The position numbers and the translations under genes were made by a program. Below the pieces are notes generated by a model that was not told the DNA's origin, did no database searches, and saw only the letters and a program-made list of their open reading frames with translations. This document shows positions 52,380 to 64,000 of a DNA stretch of 64,000 nucleotides, piece by piece. This stretch comes from Octopus vulgaris (Eukaryota), in contig OX597815.1 in assembly GCA_951406725.2 (NCBI GenBank), positions 164,362,001 through 164,426,000 of the forward strand, in the 5' to 3' direction. How positions within the stretch are numbered: the first letter of the stretch is position 1; the number at the start of each line of letters is the position of its first letter.

Positions 52380-54560
52380 GTTCCCCACCACGTCCCTTTC
52401 CCAGTTTTCAGAGTTGGCACTCTCAATGTAGGCACATTGAAAGGTAGGTCTAGCAAGATTATTGAGATACTTGAACGAAGGTGTGTTGATAGATGTTGCA
52501 TGCAAGAGGTAAGGTAGAGAGGAGCTTCAGCCAGGTTCTTCACAGGCAAAATACAGGTATAAAATCTCCTGAGAAGGTAACAGTGATAGGGTAGGTGACA
52601 TAGGCATACTTCTTGCAGAGACGTGGGAGGATAAGGTCATAGAGGTAGCCAGAATAGATGACAGAGTGCTTAAGTTTAGGTTAGTCTTACAAAACAGTAT
52701 AGTGACAATTATCTCGCCTATGCCCCTCAAGCAGGCCTACAAAATGAACTGAAGGGCCACTTTTATGGCATTTTTCTGCTGGTTACCTCAAAGACAAGTG
52801 ACAATGATCTCCCCTTTATGGCTGGGGATTTCAATGCGCATGTCAGACGGCTGTCTGGTATCTTACATGGGGTGCATGGAGGCCATGGATTTTGCTCTTG
52901 AAACTACTGGAGTTCTGTGATGCAAATCACCTTTTGATCTGTAAAATAAACTTCAGTAAGCCAGCCAGCCACCTGATAACCTACCAATCAGGTGTCTGTG
53001 CTCGCCAGATCGATTACATTCTCACCAAACAGCATGATGCATGGTTGCTCCTAAATACAAAGACCCTTCCTGGTGAAGAATTTACCTCCTAGCATAGACC
53101 AGTCATTTGTGACTTTAGACTCCAAACCAGAAGGATGCCAAGAAGTAAACCAATCTGGGAGAGAAGGATTTGGAATCTTAAGGACCTTCAATATGGTCAG
53201 AGATTTAGGGACATCCTAATTGAGAAATTCAATAAAAATTCAATCGACAGGTCCATGGTAGATAAAGCAATTAAGGATATGAAGACAGGAAAAGCCCCTG
53301 GCTCATCAGGAATCTCCACTGAGATGCTTAAAACATCTGGCAGTATGGGTTATGGTCTAGTCATACATATTGTAAATCAGGCAGTTCACGAAGAGTAGTC
53401 AACTGCTACAAAGGTAACAGTAATGCCTAAGATAGAAATAATTACAGAAGTATCAAATTGCTGGATCAGGTGATGAAAGTTACAGAGAATCATAGCCCAG
53501 CTAATTAAGGAGAGAGTTAGCTTAGATGAGATGCAGTTTGGTTATGTGTCTGGGAAAAGCACCATTGATGCTATATTTCTGTTGTTAGGGTTAGGGTTAG
53601 AGAAATACAAAGCCAAAGATAAACTCTGTACTTGGCCTTTGTTGATTTAGAGAAAACCTTTGACAGGGTCCACCAATCCTTTATCTGGTGATCAATGTGG
53701 AAACTAAGGACAGACAAGTGGTTGGTGAGAGCTGTAGCAAGTTATGTACATGGATGCTACCAGTAAGGTGAGGGTTGGCAATGAGTACAGCGAAGAATTC
53801 AGGGTACAAGTAGGGGTTCACCAAGGATCAGTGCTCAGCCCCCTTTTGTTCATTATAGTCCTCCAGGCAATAACAGAGGCATTCAAAACAGGTTGCCCCT
53901 TGCTCTTATAGCTGAACCAATACCTGAACTAGAGAAGTTCCAAATATGGAAGTAAGGTCTAGAATCAAAGGGCCTTAAAGTTAACCTAACAAAAACCAAA
54001 GTCTTAATGAGTAGGAAGGCAAACAAATCACAAATCTCTTCAGGTAGAGGGCCCTGCTCAATCTGTAGAAAAAGTGTAGGTAGAATCCCTATAAGATGCA
54101 CCCAGTGTAAGCTTTGGACACATAAAAGGTGCAGCAATATCAGAGGAAGATTAACAGGGAAACTAGCATTCATGTAGGAAGATGCACAAGTACAATAAAC
54201 ACTGAAAATGGGCAGAAAATAGACTCTATCAGCTGCCAGGTGGGTAAGCTAGAGGTAGTAGATAACTTCCGTTATCTAGGTGACCAAGTTAGTAGTGGGG
54301 GTGGATGCTCCAAGAGCATAGCTATGAGAATAAGATTAGGATAGGCAAAGTTTAGAGAGCTCCTACCCCTGCTGGCAACAAAGGGCCTCTCTCTCTCAAA
54401 GTGAAAGACAGATTGTTTGATGCCTGTGTGCAAACAGCTATGCTGCATGGTAGTGAAACATGGGCTGTGACAGCCAAGGATATGTGTAGGCTTGAGAGAA
54501 ATGAAGCCAGTATGCTTCGCTGGATGTGCAATGTCAGTGTGCATGTTTGACAGTGTCGAA
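52380..54560 (+). mobile_element. Degenerate RTE LINE (APE endonuclease and RT), antisense in a C3-like intron
   Basis: GTLNVGTLKGR...MQEVR, GDFNAHV, QIDYIL, and RT segments similar to 33.2-34.6 kb, with many stops, frameshifts and internal deletions. A further fragment lies at about 56185-56330. Confidence 0.9.
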
Positions 54561-54589
54561 TGAACATGAATGAATGTGAAGGCCATTCA

Positions 54590-54960
54590 AAGTAGACTTC
54601 ACACATGATTCCAGCAAGACAAACAATGCAGTTGCTACGGAAGTGCTTTGGAGAGAGAATAATCTCCCACTACGGCAATGTCAACTGGCCTTCACGTTCC
54701 CCAGACTTGACAAGCCAGATTTTTTTATGGGGATACCTGAAAGAGAGGGTTTACGTCTACAAACCAGAGACCCTGATGCAACTGAAGGAGAACATCAATA
54801 GAGAAATCAGAGAAGTGGGGTCTGAAACTCATGAGGATGTTATGGTGCAAGTCTTGGAAAGAGTACGGGCGTATGAAGCTGAAGATGGATGCCGTTTAAG
54901 CAATGTCATTTTGCATATGTGATGCAAAGATGTTGCAAAATTTAACATGCGCATATTAAT
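54590..54960 (+). mobile_element. Tc1/mariner-superfamily (rosa/maT-like) transposase C-terminal fragment
   Basis: ERIIS...NWPSRSPDLT..FLWGYLKERVY..KP.T...LK..I motif in ORF 54605-54922. Confidence 0.85.
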
Positions 54961-55434
54961 TTGCATTATGTCCTTTATATTGTATCAAAATTTCATGCAT
55001 TTATTTGTGAAGTTAAGGAAGTTATTAAAAATTGAAAAATTGAAACTCCTCAATGACTATTATGGTGTCAGGAAGGGCATCCGGCTGTAGAAAACTTGCC
55101 ATACGCATAGCGCTGTGCATATATGCATACATTTTTGTAGGCACGGGCATGGCTGTGTGGTTAGGGAGCTTGCTTCCTAGCTGCATGGTTTCGGGTTCAG
55201 TCCCACTGTGTGGCACTTTGGGTAGGTGTCTTCCACTATAGCCCCGAGCCGACCGAAGCTTTGTGATTTAATTCGGTAGGCAGGAGTTACTGCCGTGTGT
55301 GTATGTGTGTGAGAGAGGGATATATATATATATATATATATAATTGAATAATAAGGGTAGAAATTGATATTAATCAATTAAAACCAGTGGCTCAGCATAT
55401 CTTTAAAAATCCGAAGATTAAAAATTGTGTTACG

Positions 55435-55526
55435 TACAAAATTTAGAGGACTGACCACTAATGGCAATTTGATTACTATGTTTAGCATATAGGCTGTCCA
55501 CTTTTAGTGGTCAGTCCTCTAAATTT

Positions 55527-55530
<4 letters not shown>
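55435..55530. repeat. Perfect 27-bp inverted repeat
   Basis: TACAAAATTTAGAGGACTGACCACTAA (55435-55461) and TTAGTGGTCAGTCCTCTAAATTTTGTA (55504-55530). Confidence 0.9.
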
Positions 55531-55582
<52 letters not shown>

Positions 55583-56047
55583 AAAAGACTATGGTATGTT
55601 TATCATAGTATTATCACAAAAGAAGTTATTTAACAGGATTCAAAACACCATTTGTCTTGGACAGACTCTTATTTTTGAGTGTAATTATGCTTTTGAACAA
55701 GTATTCTTCACTGCAAGCTCTATTAATTAGGTCTTCACCACTACCAGAGAGCTAGCAAAGTGATGCAGTAATACAAAGCACAAGTAGGGGGATAAAAAAG
55801 AAAACAGATACGAAAGTGGGGCAGCAGTAAGATGATCCTATGTAGTTTAGAGTAAAGAAATATGAAAATCATAAAAAAAGAATAAAATAAAATAAAACCC
55901 ACTGACTCAGTAAACAATCAACTTAAGCCAAGAAATAACAGAAAAAATTGCTGACTAGAAAAAAATAATAAAGAAAATATGTTACAGACGACATGGAAAT
56001 AATAGGAGGTTATTTGATAAAAAATACAAGGCATAAAGTGTGTGTTT

Positions 56048-56081
<34 letters not shown>

Positions 56082-56119
56082 CAGCAGCAGAAGCAGTAGT
56101 AGTAGTAATAGTAGTGGTG

Positions 56120-56155
<36 letters not shown>

Positions 56156-56984
56156 GTAAAATGCTGAAATAAGTAGGAGTACAAAATAGCTGTGAGAATA
56201 AGATTAGGATGGGCAAAGTTCAGAGAGCTCCTACCCCCTGCTGGCAACAAAGGGCATCTCTCTCTCTCTCAGAATGAAAGGTAGATTGTTTGATGCCTGT
56301 GTGTGGAACAGCTATGCTGCATGGCAGTGAAATATGATATAACAAAAAAATATATGTGTATATATATATTCTTTTAAATCAGCAATCAGTGATCTGCTTG
56401 AAATTATTGCAGGAAAATTTACAGAAAACTGTAAAAAAAAAATTTCTTTTTTCATTTTTGTGATTTTTCAAAATCTCAAAATAAAATTAAGGGTATGTTA
56501 AAATTGGCTTCAAATTTTGGCACAAGGCCAGCAGTTTCAGAGAAGGAGTTGAGTTGATTACATAGACCCCAGTACTCAACTGATGCTTATTTTATCAAAC
56601 CAAAAAGGATGAAAAGCAAAGTTAACATTGCCAGCATTTGAACTCACAATGTGAAGACAGACGAGATACCACTAAGCATTTTGCCTGGCATTCTAATGAT
56701 TCTGCTAGCTTATCGCCTTAAGGGTATTCTTTTATTTGTTTCAGTTATTTCTCAGGGGCCATGCTGAAGCACCACCTTTAGTCAAGCAAATTGACCCCAG
56801 GACTCATTCTTTGTAAGCCTAGTACTTATTCTATTGGTCGCTTTTGCCGAACTGCTAAGTTATGGGGACATAAACACACCAGCATCAGTTGTCAAGCAAT
56901 GTTGTGGGGAATAAATACAAACACACAAACATATACACAAACATACATATATACATACATACACACACATACACACACACACAC

Positions 56985-57032
<48 letters not shown>

Positions 57033-57734
57033 CGGGATGGTTCAGTTTCCATCTACCAAATCCACTCACGAGGCTTTGGTCAGCCTGAGACTATAGTAGA
57101 AGACACTTGCCCAAGGTGTCACACAGTGGGACTGAACCTGGAACCATATGGTTGCTAAGCAAGCTACTTACCACACAGCCACTTCTGTGGCTATGTTAAT
57201 ATTAATTTCTTCTCACTTCAGATTTAAGTGTCATGTTTTGTTCTGAACATAAGCAACAACATAAAATACATTGATTGCTATATTCTTTTATTCTTTTACT
57301 CATTTCAAGGCTTTGATTGACCCGAAGCTATAGTATAAGACAATTGTCCAAGGTACCACACAGTGGGAGTGAACCTAGAACCATGTGGTTGGGAAGCAAG
57401 CTTCTTACTACACAGCCAAGCCTGTACCTACATATATCCAATATTCTTTTAGCAGTAAGGTGGCGAGCTGGCAGAAACATTAGCACGCCGGGCGAAATGC
57501 TTAGCAGTATTTTGTCTGTCTTTACATTCTGAGTTCAAATTCTGCTGAGGTCGACTTTGCCTTTTGTTCTTTCACAGTCGATAAATTAAGTACCAGTTGT
57601 GTACTGTGGTTGATCTAATTGACTGGCCCCCAACCCCAAAATTTTGGGCCTTGTACCTAGAATAGAAAAGAATATTCTTTTAATGATTAATGAACCAGAT
57701 CAGTCAAAGGAAAATAAAAGAAAGACTAACTCAC

Positions 57735-57830
57735 CAATTTGGTTTGCTTTACAAGCTAATTGCTCATAATACTCCATTTTAGATAATTCATCATCGTCTG
57801 AGCAATTTACACAGTCTGTGTCAAGAAAAT
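57735..57830 (-). CDS. C3-like gene exon (start of C345C/NTR domain)
   Basis: ttag acceptor, GTGAGT donor, 96 nt, phase 1-1. NFLDTDCVNCSDDDELSKMEYYEQLACKANQI, compare C3 ...RLDKAC. Confidence 0.82.
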
Positions 57831-57949
57831 CTAACATATAAATTAATATGAAAAATACTTAAATTTACATTTATTAAAAAAAAGCAACAAAAAATTCTCA
57901 TAACTCTTCCAACTCCCTAAGTACAACAATGAGGACTAAAATTATCATA

Positions 57950-58795
57950 TATGAGGTTGTATAAAAAGTTCCTCGAACTAGTTCTGTAGCATGCCAACAG
58001 ATGGCAGCACATGGTTGCGTGTGCAGTTAGAGCTAGCAGTGACTTTCAGGAAGCTGTGTGCCGAGTAATGTTATTGTGTTTACTTTGCAAGTTGTGAAAT
58101 TTATGGCTTTGTGATCAAATGTATGCTGTAGTCAGCGATTCTGACATAGACACGAAGTTAGATCAATGTGAAATTTTGCGTTAAACTTGGGAAGTCTGCT
58201 ACAAGGACATTGAGCATGCTTTGGCAAGCTTAGAGTCAATAGGTCATACGCAATGTTTCAAGTGACACAGAAGAATGTCCCTGCAAGAGCTACCACAAGC
58301 TTTACCCCTGCAAATGTGGTATTGTGCATCGAGAATTTGTCACCCAGGGCCAGACTGTCAATTGACCGTTCAAAAATTTGGACCTGGAGATCTCCATTTC
58401 CAGCGACTTTGAGGGCCACCTCCCAGTGGTGTCGGGCATCAACAAAGAGCCCTCGACTACAACAAGACGACCAAAGTTTTTTTTTTCCAAGGTCTGGGGT
58501 CTCCCGCCCCTTATCCCTTGACCATCACCCAATCGCCCTTATCTGTCTTGTTGCTTAACAACAACAACGACTGTCAATTGAGAATTCTACTATGACGTTT
58601 TGAAACATTTGAAGGACATTTGGTAAAAGTGACTGGATCTGTGAAGCATGAAGAATTGGATTCTTCACGACGACAAAGCACCCTGTCACCAAGCCCTCTT
58701 CACTTGTGAGTTTCTCGTCAAAAACAACATGGCATCACTTCTGCACCTGCCCTATTCACCAGATTTAGCACCTGTGCACTTCCATTTCTTCCTAG
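57950..58795 (+). mobile_element. Degenerate mariner element interrupted by an (AAC)n-tailed insertion
   Basis: TATGAGG start, KFCVKLGKSAT, WILHDDKAPCH and HLPYSPDLAP motifs. Confidence 0.8.
58366..58568 (+). mobile_element. About 200-bp (AAC)n-tailed retroposon with 13-bp target-site duplication
   Basis: GACTGTCAATTGA is duplicated at 58353-58365 and 58569-58581. Homologous to 1-355 on the opposite strand. Confidence 0.85.
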
Positions 58796-59020
58796 CATGA
58801 TACAAAATATGACAAGGCTGGTCCTTTGAAATACAGGTACTGTCCATTTTTGCCAGCTGAGTGCACTGGAGGAATGTGAAATAAAATATCTTGCTCAAGA
58901 ACACAACACACCACTTAGTATTGAACTCATGACCTTTTGATCATGAGCTGAATGTCCTAACCACTAACCTACCCATCTTTACTATGTTTTTATGAGTATG
59001 TGTGTTAGTGTATGTATATA

Positions 59021-59069
<49 letters not shown>

Positions 59070-59454
59070 CAAATGATTAATAACAGACGATGGATAATTG
59101 TCAGCTCATAATGCGTGCTTTGGACCAGCCCCTAGGCTCCTAGGGTTGGTTTTTCTCTGTGTATATGACTGGAATATCCTATTTGATATTTACCAACCAT
59201 AGGCCAGAACCCTGGTTTATCCAACCCTACCTGGTGCATCAAGTACTTGATTCTATCTGAATCCCTATTTTACTATACATATATAGAGAGAATAGTTGTA
59301 TACTGTCAACTTAATGTGACAGTCCCATGAAGGGAATCACACCACTGCCATTTAGCCCTAGGAAGCATCAACACTTCCTGTTGACCTTGACACATTTCCT
59401 GTGTCCTTACGTTTACAAGGGGGAGACAAGCACCTCCACCCAGCTAAGCCTGCA

Positions 59455-59497
59455 TCCAGAGACTAGTTTCTGAGTTTTTACTCATCATCAGTCTGGA
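59455..59497 (-). ncRNA. Minimal type I hammerhead ribozyme
   Basis: Minus strand reads UCCAGA-CUGAUGA-UGAGU(AAAA)ACUCA-GAAAC-UA-GUC^-UCUGGA: intact core, 6-bp stem I, 5-bp stem II and palindromic stem III (ACUAGU). Confidence 0.9.
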
Positions 59498-59994
59498 GTA
59501 GCATGGCCTGCTAGTTGGAGATGCCTGTCTAGCCTTTGTAAACATATAAGAATTCCAGTGAAATAAATCCACTGATTACAAAAATAGAAATATTACATTT
59601 CTAAATATCCCAGAGAGATACAAGCAGTAGTGGTATGATAGAGTAGTTGTAGAGCATCATCATCATCATCATTTAATGTCCATTGTCCATGCTAGCATGG
59701 GTTGTGCAGTTTGACCAGGAGTGATAAGCTGAAGGGCTGCACCAGACTCCAGTTTGATTTAGTATGGTTTCTACGGCTGGAGGTCTTTCCTAATGCCAAC
59801 TACTCCAACAGTGTAAAGGGTGCCTTTACATGCCACTGGAACAGGTGCCAGTTGCATGACACCAGTATCTCTCATGACTATGGTTTTACTTGGCTTAATG
59901 GGTCTTCTACTCAAGCACAGCATATTGCCAAAGGTCTCAGTCTTTTGTCGTTGCCTCTGTGAGGCCCAACGCTCAACAAGAATGCGGAAAATGA

Positions 59995-60415
59995 AAGGTG
60001 GCGAGCTGGCAGAATCGTTAGCACACTGGGTGAAATGCTTAGAGGTATTTCGTCTGCCGTTACGTTCTGAGTTCAAATTCCGATGAGGTCGACTTTGCCT
60101 TTCATCCTTTCGGGGTCGATAAATTAAATTCCAGTTACACACTGGGGTCGATGTAATCGACTTGATCCATTTGTCTGTCCTTGTTTGTCCCCTCTGTGTT
60201 TAGCCCCTTGTGGGTAGTAAAGCAATAGGTATTTCGTCTGCCGTTACATTCTGAGTTCAAATTCAACCAAGATCGACTTTGCCTTTCATCCTTTCGGGGT
60301 CGATAAATTAAGTACCAGTTATGCACTGGGGTTGATGCAATTAACTTAATCCCGTTGTCTGTCCTTGTTTGTCCCCTCTATGTTTAGCCCCTTGTGGGCA
60401 ATAAAGAAATAAGAA
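59995..60415 (+). mobile_element. tRNA-derived SINE family B, internally duplicated (others about 890-1130-, 9365-9755-, 13195-13770+, cluster 21660-23210+, 30145-30340+, 30595-30780+, 56510-56720-, 57455-57670+)
   Basis: Recurrent AAGGCGGCGAGCTGGCAGAA...GAGTTCAAATTCC (B box)...GCCTTTCATCCTTTCGGGGTCGATAAATTAAGTACCAG. Confidence 0.9.
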
Positions 60416-60661
60416 TGTGGAAAGTGAAACTAGCTGCCTAATATCATAATATATGTCCGTGTCAATTGATGTGATTGTTTATTTTTAGAATGACATTGTA
60501 TGGTAGGTGTGAGGAACCAGATCTGGCCAGTTTGAACATAAAACAGGCAGAATATTTTGGCTGGATATGGCTGGTTTAAATGCTAAAGGGTGAAATAAAT
60601 TAAATAAAGGGTTAAATAAAATTATATAAAACCTTATAAGAAATATTAAAATCTTACTTAC

Positions 60662-60745
60662 TTCCTGTACACATACACTGTGATTGTTTTGGGTCACAGA
60701 ACAAATGTATTTCTTTCTTTGGATAAAGAATTGAACAGCTTTCAT
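60662..60745 (-). CDS. C3-like gene exon (end of MG8 / anchor region)
   Basis: ttttcag acceptor, GTAAGT donor, 84 nt, phase 1-1. ESCSILYPKKEIHLFCDPKQSQCMCTG, compare C3 ESCTRFYHP...KLCRDELCRCAE. Confidence 0.85.
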
Positions 60746-61732
60746 CTGAAAAGAGCATTATATGGTTTTATATATTATATATATAGTTTTCTGATTTAGG
60801 CACAAGGCCAGAAATTTTGAGGATAGGCGCTTTATCAATACAGTCAACTTCAGTAGTTGACTGGAAATTTATTTTGTTAATCTCAGAAGAATGAAAGGCA
60901 AAACTGACTAAGATATGATTTGGACATAGAACATAAAATACTGGATGAAACATCGCAAAACATTCTGTCAGCTTGTCACCTTTATATATATGAAGTATAT
61001 TGAAGCTTACTTGCAATTGTTATTGTTATTATTGTTGTTGTGTAGTCCCAGGTTATCTCTGATCAATTACTGCTATAATCAGACATTTCAGCCATAAACA
61101 TCATGCTTTATCTTTCAGATATAATATATCTAGTGGACAAGAAATGAAGTGTTTTGCTCAAGAACACAATGGATTGCTTAGTTCAGGGACTGAAATCACA
61201 ATCTTAGTTGTGAATTCAACACCCTAACCACTAAGTGACACACCTCCACTAGTGGTACTCATTTTTACAGCTGAGTAGACTGGAGCAACGTGAAATAAAG
61301 TGTTTTGCTTAAGAACACAACACATCACCCAGCCCAAGAATTGAAACCACAATCTTACAATCATCAGTTCAATATCCTAACCACTAAGCCATGTGCTTCC
61401 ACTATATCTAGGATTACAGGTTCCAATTTATTATTGTTTTATAAAGAGAATAGGGTGAGATTGGAAGAAGTTCTGACTGCTATTTTTGGCATTTTCAATC
61501 TGGTTGAGCAACCTCATTGGCTTAGCATGAGATTACCTTTTATCTTTTACTTTTTCGTTAATTTTGGGACTGCAGCTATGCTGGGACATTTCCTTGAAGT
61601 ATTTTGTGGAATAGATCAGCCCCAGTATAAATTTTTAAAGTGTGCTACTCATTCTATCAGACTCTTTTGCTGAATTGCTAAGTTATGAGCACATACACAA
61701 ACACACACATACATAGATATTATATACACATA

Positions 61733-62800
61733 TACGAGGGGGTACCCAAAAGGAACCAGAAACATTCTCTTAGGGACAAGTTGTAGATCAGGTTTCCGCC
61801 ACTAGAAACCACTTGATACAACACTCAGGCATCAGTCTGCCAACCGGCAGCATCAAGTCAGGTCGTGCTGTCACATGGTGTGTCTTTGTTCTACAATGCT
61901 TCTCCCCTGTTCATCAATTTTTGCAATGGCTGAAATGAAGGAACAGCATGCTTCCATGAAATTCTGTTTTCTGCTGGGGTAAACAGCAGCCAAAACAGTT
62001 CTCATGCTTCAAACAGCAAACAAGGACACTGCCATGAGCAAAACACAAGTTTATGAGTGGTTTTCACACTTTGGGAAGGGTCACTTGTCACTTGAAGACC
62101 AACCTCATTCAGGACAACTCTTGATCTCTCAAACGTATGAAAACATCACAAAATTTCATGAACTTGGAGGTCCATCGCTGAACAAGTGACAAACTTGTTG
62201 TTATAACTAGTGTCTCCTAGAGCCATTCCCAACGAATTTTGAGTGAGGAATTGTAAAGGAAAAGAGTTGCAGCAAAATTTGTGTCTTGCTTGTTCATGGA
62301 AAATCAAAAGTAATCATGACTGAATGCATGTTGTGAAGTGAAAGAACAGTTGGAAGTTGATCTGAACCTTTTTTGAAAGTCATCATTGGTGACAAGATCT
62401 GGTGTGCTGGCTATGACCTGGAAACAAAGCAGTAATCAAGTCAACAGAAGCATTCAATGTCACCAGGCCCCCCAAAAGTGCATCAAGTGAAGTCCAATTT
62501 TTCATTAATGCAAAAAGAATTGTCTGCACAGTATTTGTTCCTCCTGGTCAAACTGTTAACCAAATGTTTTACTTGGCAGTTCTGAAGCATTTGTGAAGCA
62601 TGGCAAGACAAAAACCACCCCAACCAGCGACAAAGTGGAGAGTGGTGGTTTCATCACGACAATGCACCTTTGCACACCACCTTGGGTGTGAGACAGTTTT
62701 TGACCAAAAATGACATGACCCCATTTACCCACCCTTCCTATTCACTCAATCTTGCTCCCTGCAACGTTTTTTTGGTTCCACTGAATGAAAAAAGTCCTTA
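61733..62800 (+). mobile_element. Degenerate mariner element
   Basis: TACGAGGG terminus. Motifs KFCFLLGKTA...MSKTQVYEWF..F..G..SLEDQPHSG, IIGD, FHHDNAPLH and HPSYSLNLAPCN. Confidence 0.88.
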
Positions 62801-63718
62801 CATATATATATTACTGTGGGACTGTATGAAATGCTTATCTACTAATCTCAGGGAAACCCTTCCATGAGAAAAGTAGGACTAACCAATGGACCTTATGGTG
62901 GTGCTTTCTTTTATAGATGTTAAGTTCCAGTATATAGGGGACGCATTCCTTAAACCAGCCAACTGTTTGAGCCTCATTGTAATAGGGGACCATTGCATCA
63001 AAAATATCTTGACTGAGGAATAGTTTCAAATGGCACAGCATTGAATGGCTATGAGGATCCACATGAGTAAAATATGTAACAAAGGGGTCCCTAGGTTAAA
63101 AAATGGTTGAGAACTACTGCTGTAGAGCCTGGTGCACTGGTTTGCACAAGGGCCTATGATACTGCTAAGATGACCCAGGCTGAACAACTACATGCAGGAC
63201 ATAAGCATAAACATGAATACAAACACATAGACATACACCACTTCCGTCTACAGAATAGAAACATATTAAGATAAAATTATTAACCATCTTACAAGCAATA
63301 ACTCTGAGCACCTTTTCAAACTCCACCTGTCTAACACCCGTGGACATGTTTACAAAGTCAGAAAACAGCACAGCTCCCATGACTTTCGGAAACATTTTTT
63401 CACGCTAAGAGTTGCTGAAGTATGGAACAAACTACCGGCATCAGTTGTTAGTTGTCGGAGCACTGCATCTTTCAAAACTTCTATGCTTCCCGAGATTCGC
63501 CAAAACTACACCTGATTTTCTCCCCTCCATACACACGCAAGCATATATACACTGACTCATACACTGTTCACTTCCCAGACATTTGTACATTACTGCATAT
63601 GTTTTATACACAAGTTGTGGTGCACCTGAGCACTGTATACAATAATTTAATTATTATTAAGTGTTCCACAAGTAATTAACATCAAGAGAAGTAAAAAAGA
63701 AGCACTAATTTGACTTAC

Positions 63719-63824
63719 GTAATTTATTCAGTTCATAAATTTGAATAGGTGATTGGTATAATACACTTTCCTTTCCCCCTCTGAAGATCAATACATGGAA
63801 AGATAGGGTGCTGTTGCTTGGAAT
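63719..63824 (-). CDS. Complement C3-like / thioester-protein family gene, exon in MG8 (A2M receptor-binding) domain; first exon visible, gene extends beyond window
   Basis: tttcag acceptor, GTAAGT donor, 106 nt, phase 0-1. IPSNSTLSFHVLIFRGGKESVLYQSPIQIYELNKL(H) aligns by eye with the C3 segment ...LIQPGAVKVYAYYNLEESC. Confidence 0.8.
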
Positions 63825-64000
63825 CTGAAATTCATTGAAACTCATTCATTATTTATAAAACGAGCTGGCTCTGTGCCATCAAAAATGATAGCTAATTGTA
63901 GTATTTGATATATAAATATGGATGGTAAATAAAATTAATACACTTGTCAATGCTATCTAGCGGTTGTCTTTTGAGGTGTGGCATCAATCATTGTTTGTTA

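Noticed and set aside
60485-60745. ORF starting MKAVQFF at 60745
   Set aside because: The ATG is the first three bases of a C3-like exon read in the wrong frame. The phase-consistent frame gives ESCSILY.

Overview
This is AT-rich, microsatellite- and SINE-dense animal DNA. The repeat landscape suggests a cephalopod, probably Octopus (inference). Most ORFs in the track are translations of microsatellites or SINEs. Two spliced host genes can be read by hand, both on the minus strand. (1) A complete 3-exon MOSMO (modulator of smoothened, C16orf52/ATTHOG) orthologue, 28924->24111, 168 aa. (2) The last six coding exons (63824->45397) of a complement C3-like/thioester-protein gene, covering MG8, the anchor and the C345C/NTR domain; the gene continues beyond the right edge. 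The rest is mobile DNA: a near-intact 5'-truncated RTE LINE with a PHD-like finger, a decayed RTE, CR1 tails, a Penelope GIY-YIG remnant, an RLE remnant, mariner/Tc1 fossils, three tRNA-derived SINE families and several MITEs. The most striking signal is a set of hammerhead ribozyme (HHR) motifs. A near-perfect minimal type I HHR at 59455-59497 lies sense within an intron of the C3-like gene. Another at 6114-6207 is downstream of the Penelope endonuclease, and one with a long stem II is at 36502-36586. Two palindromic elements (16241-16432 and about 7515-7825) each consist of two back-to-back HHR-like units. All folds were paired by eye and no searches were run.
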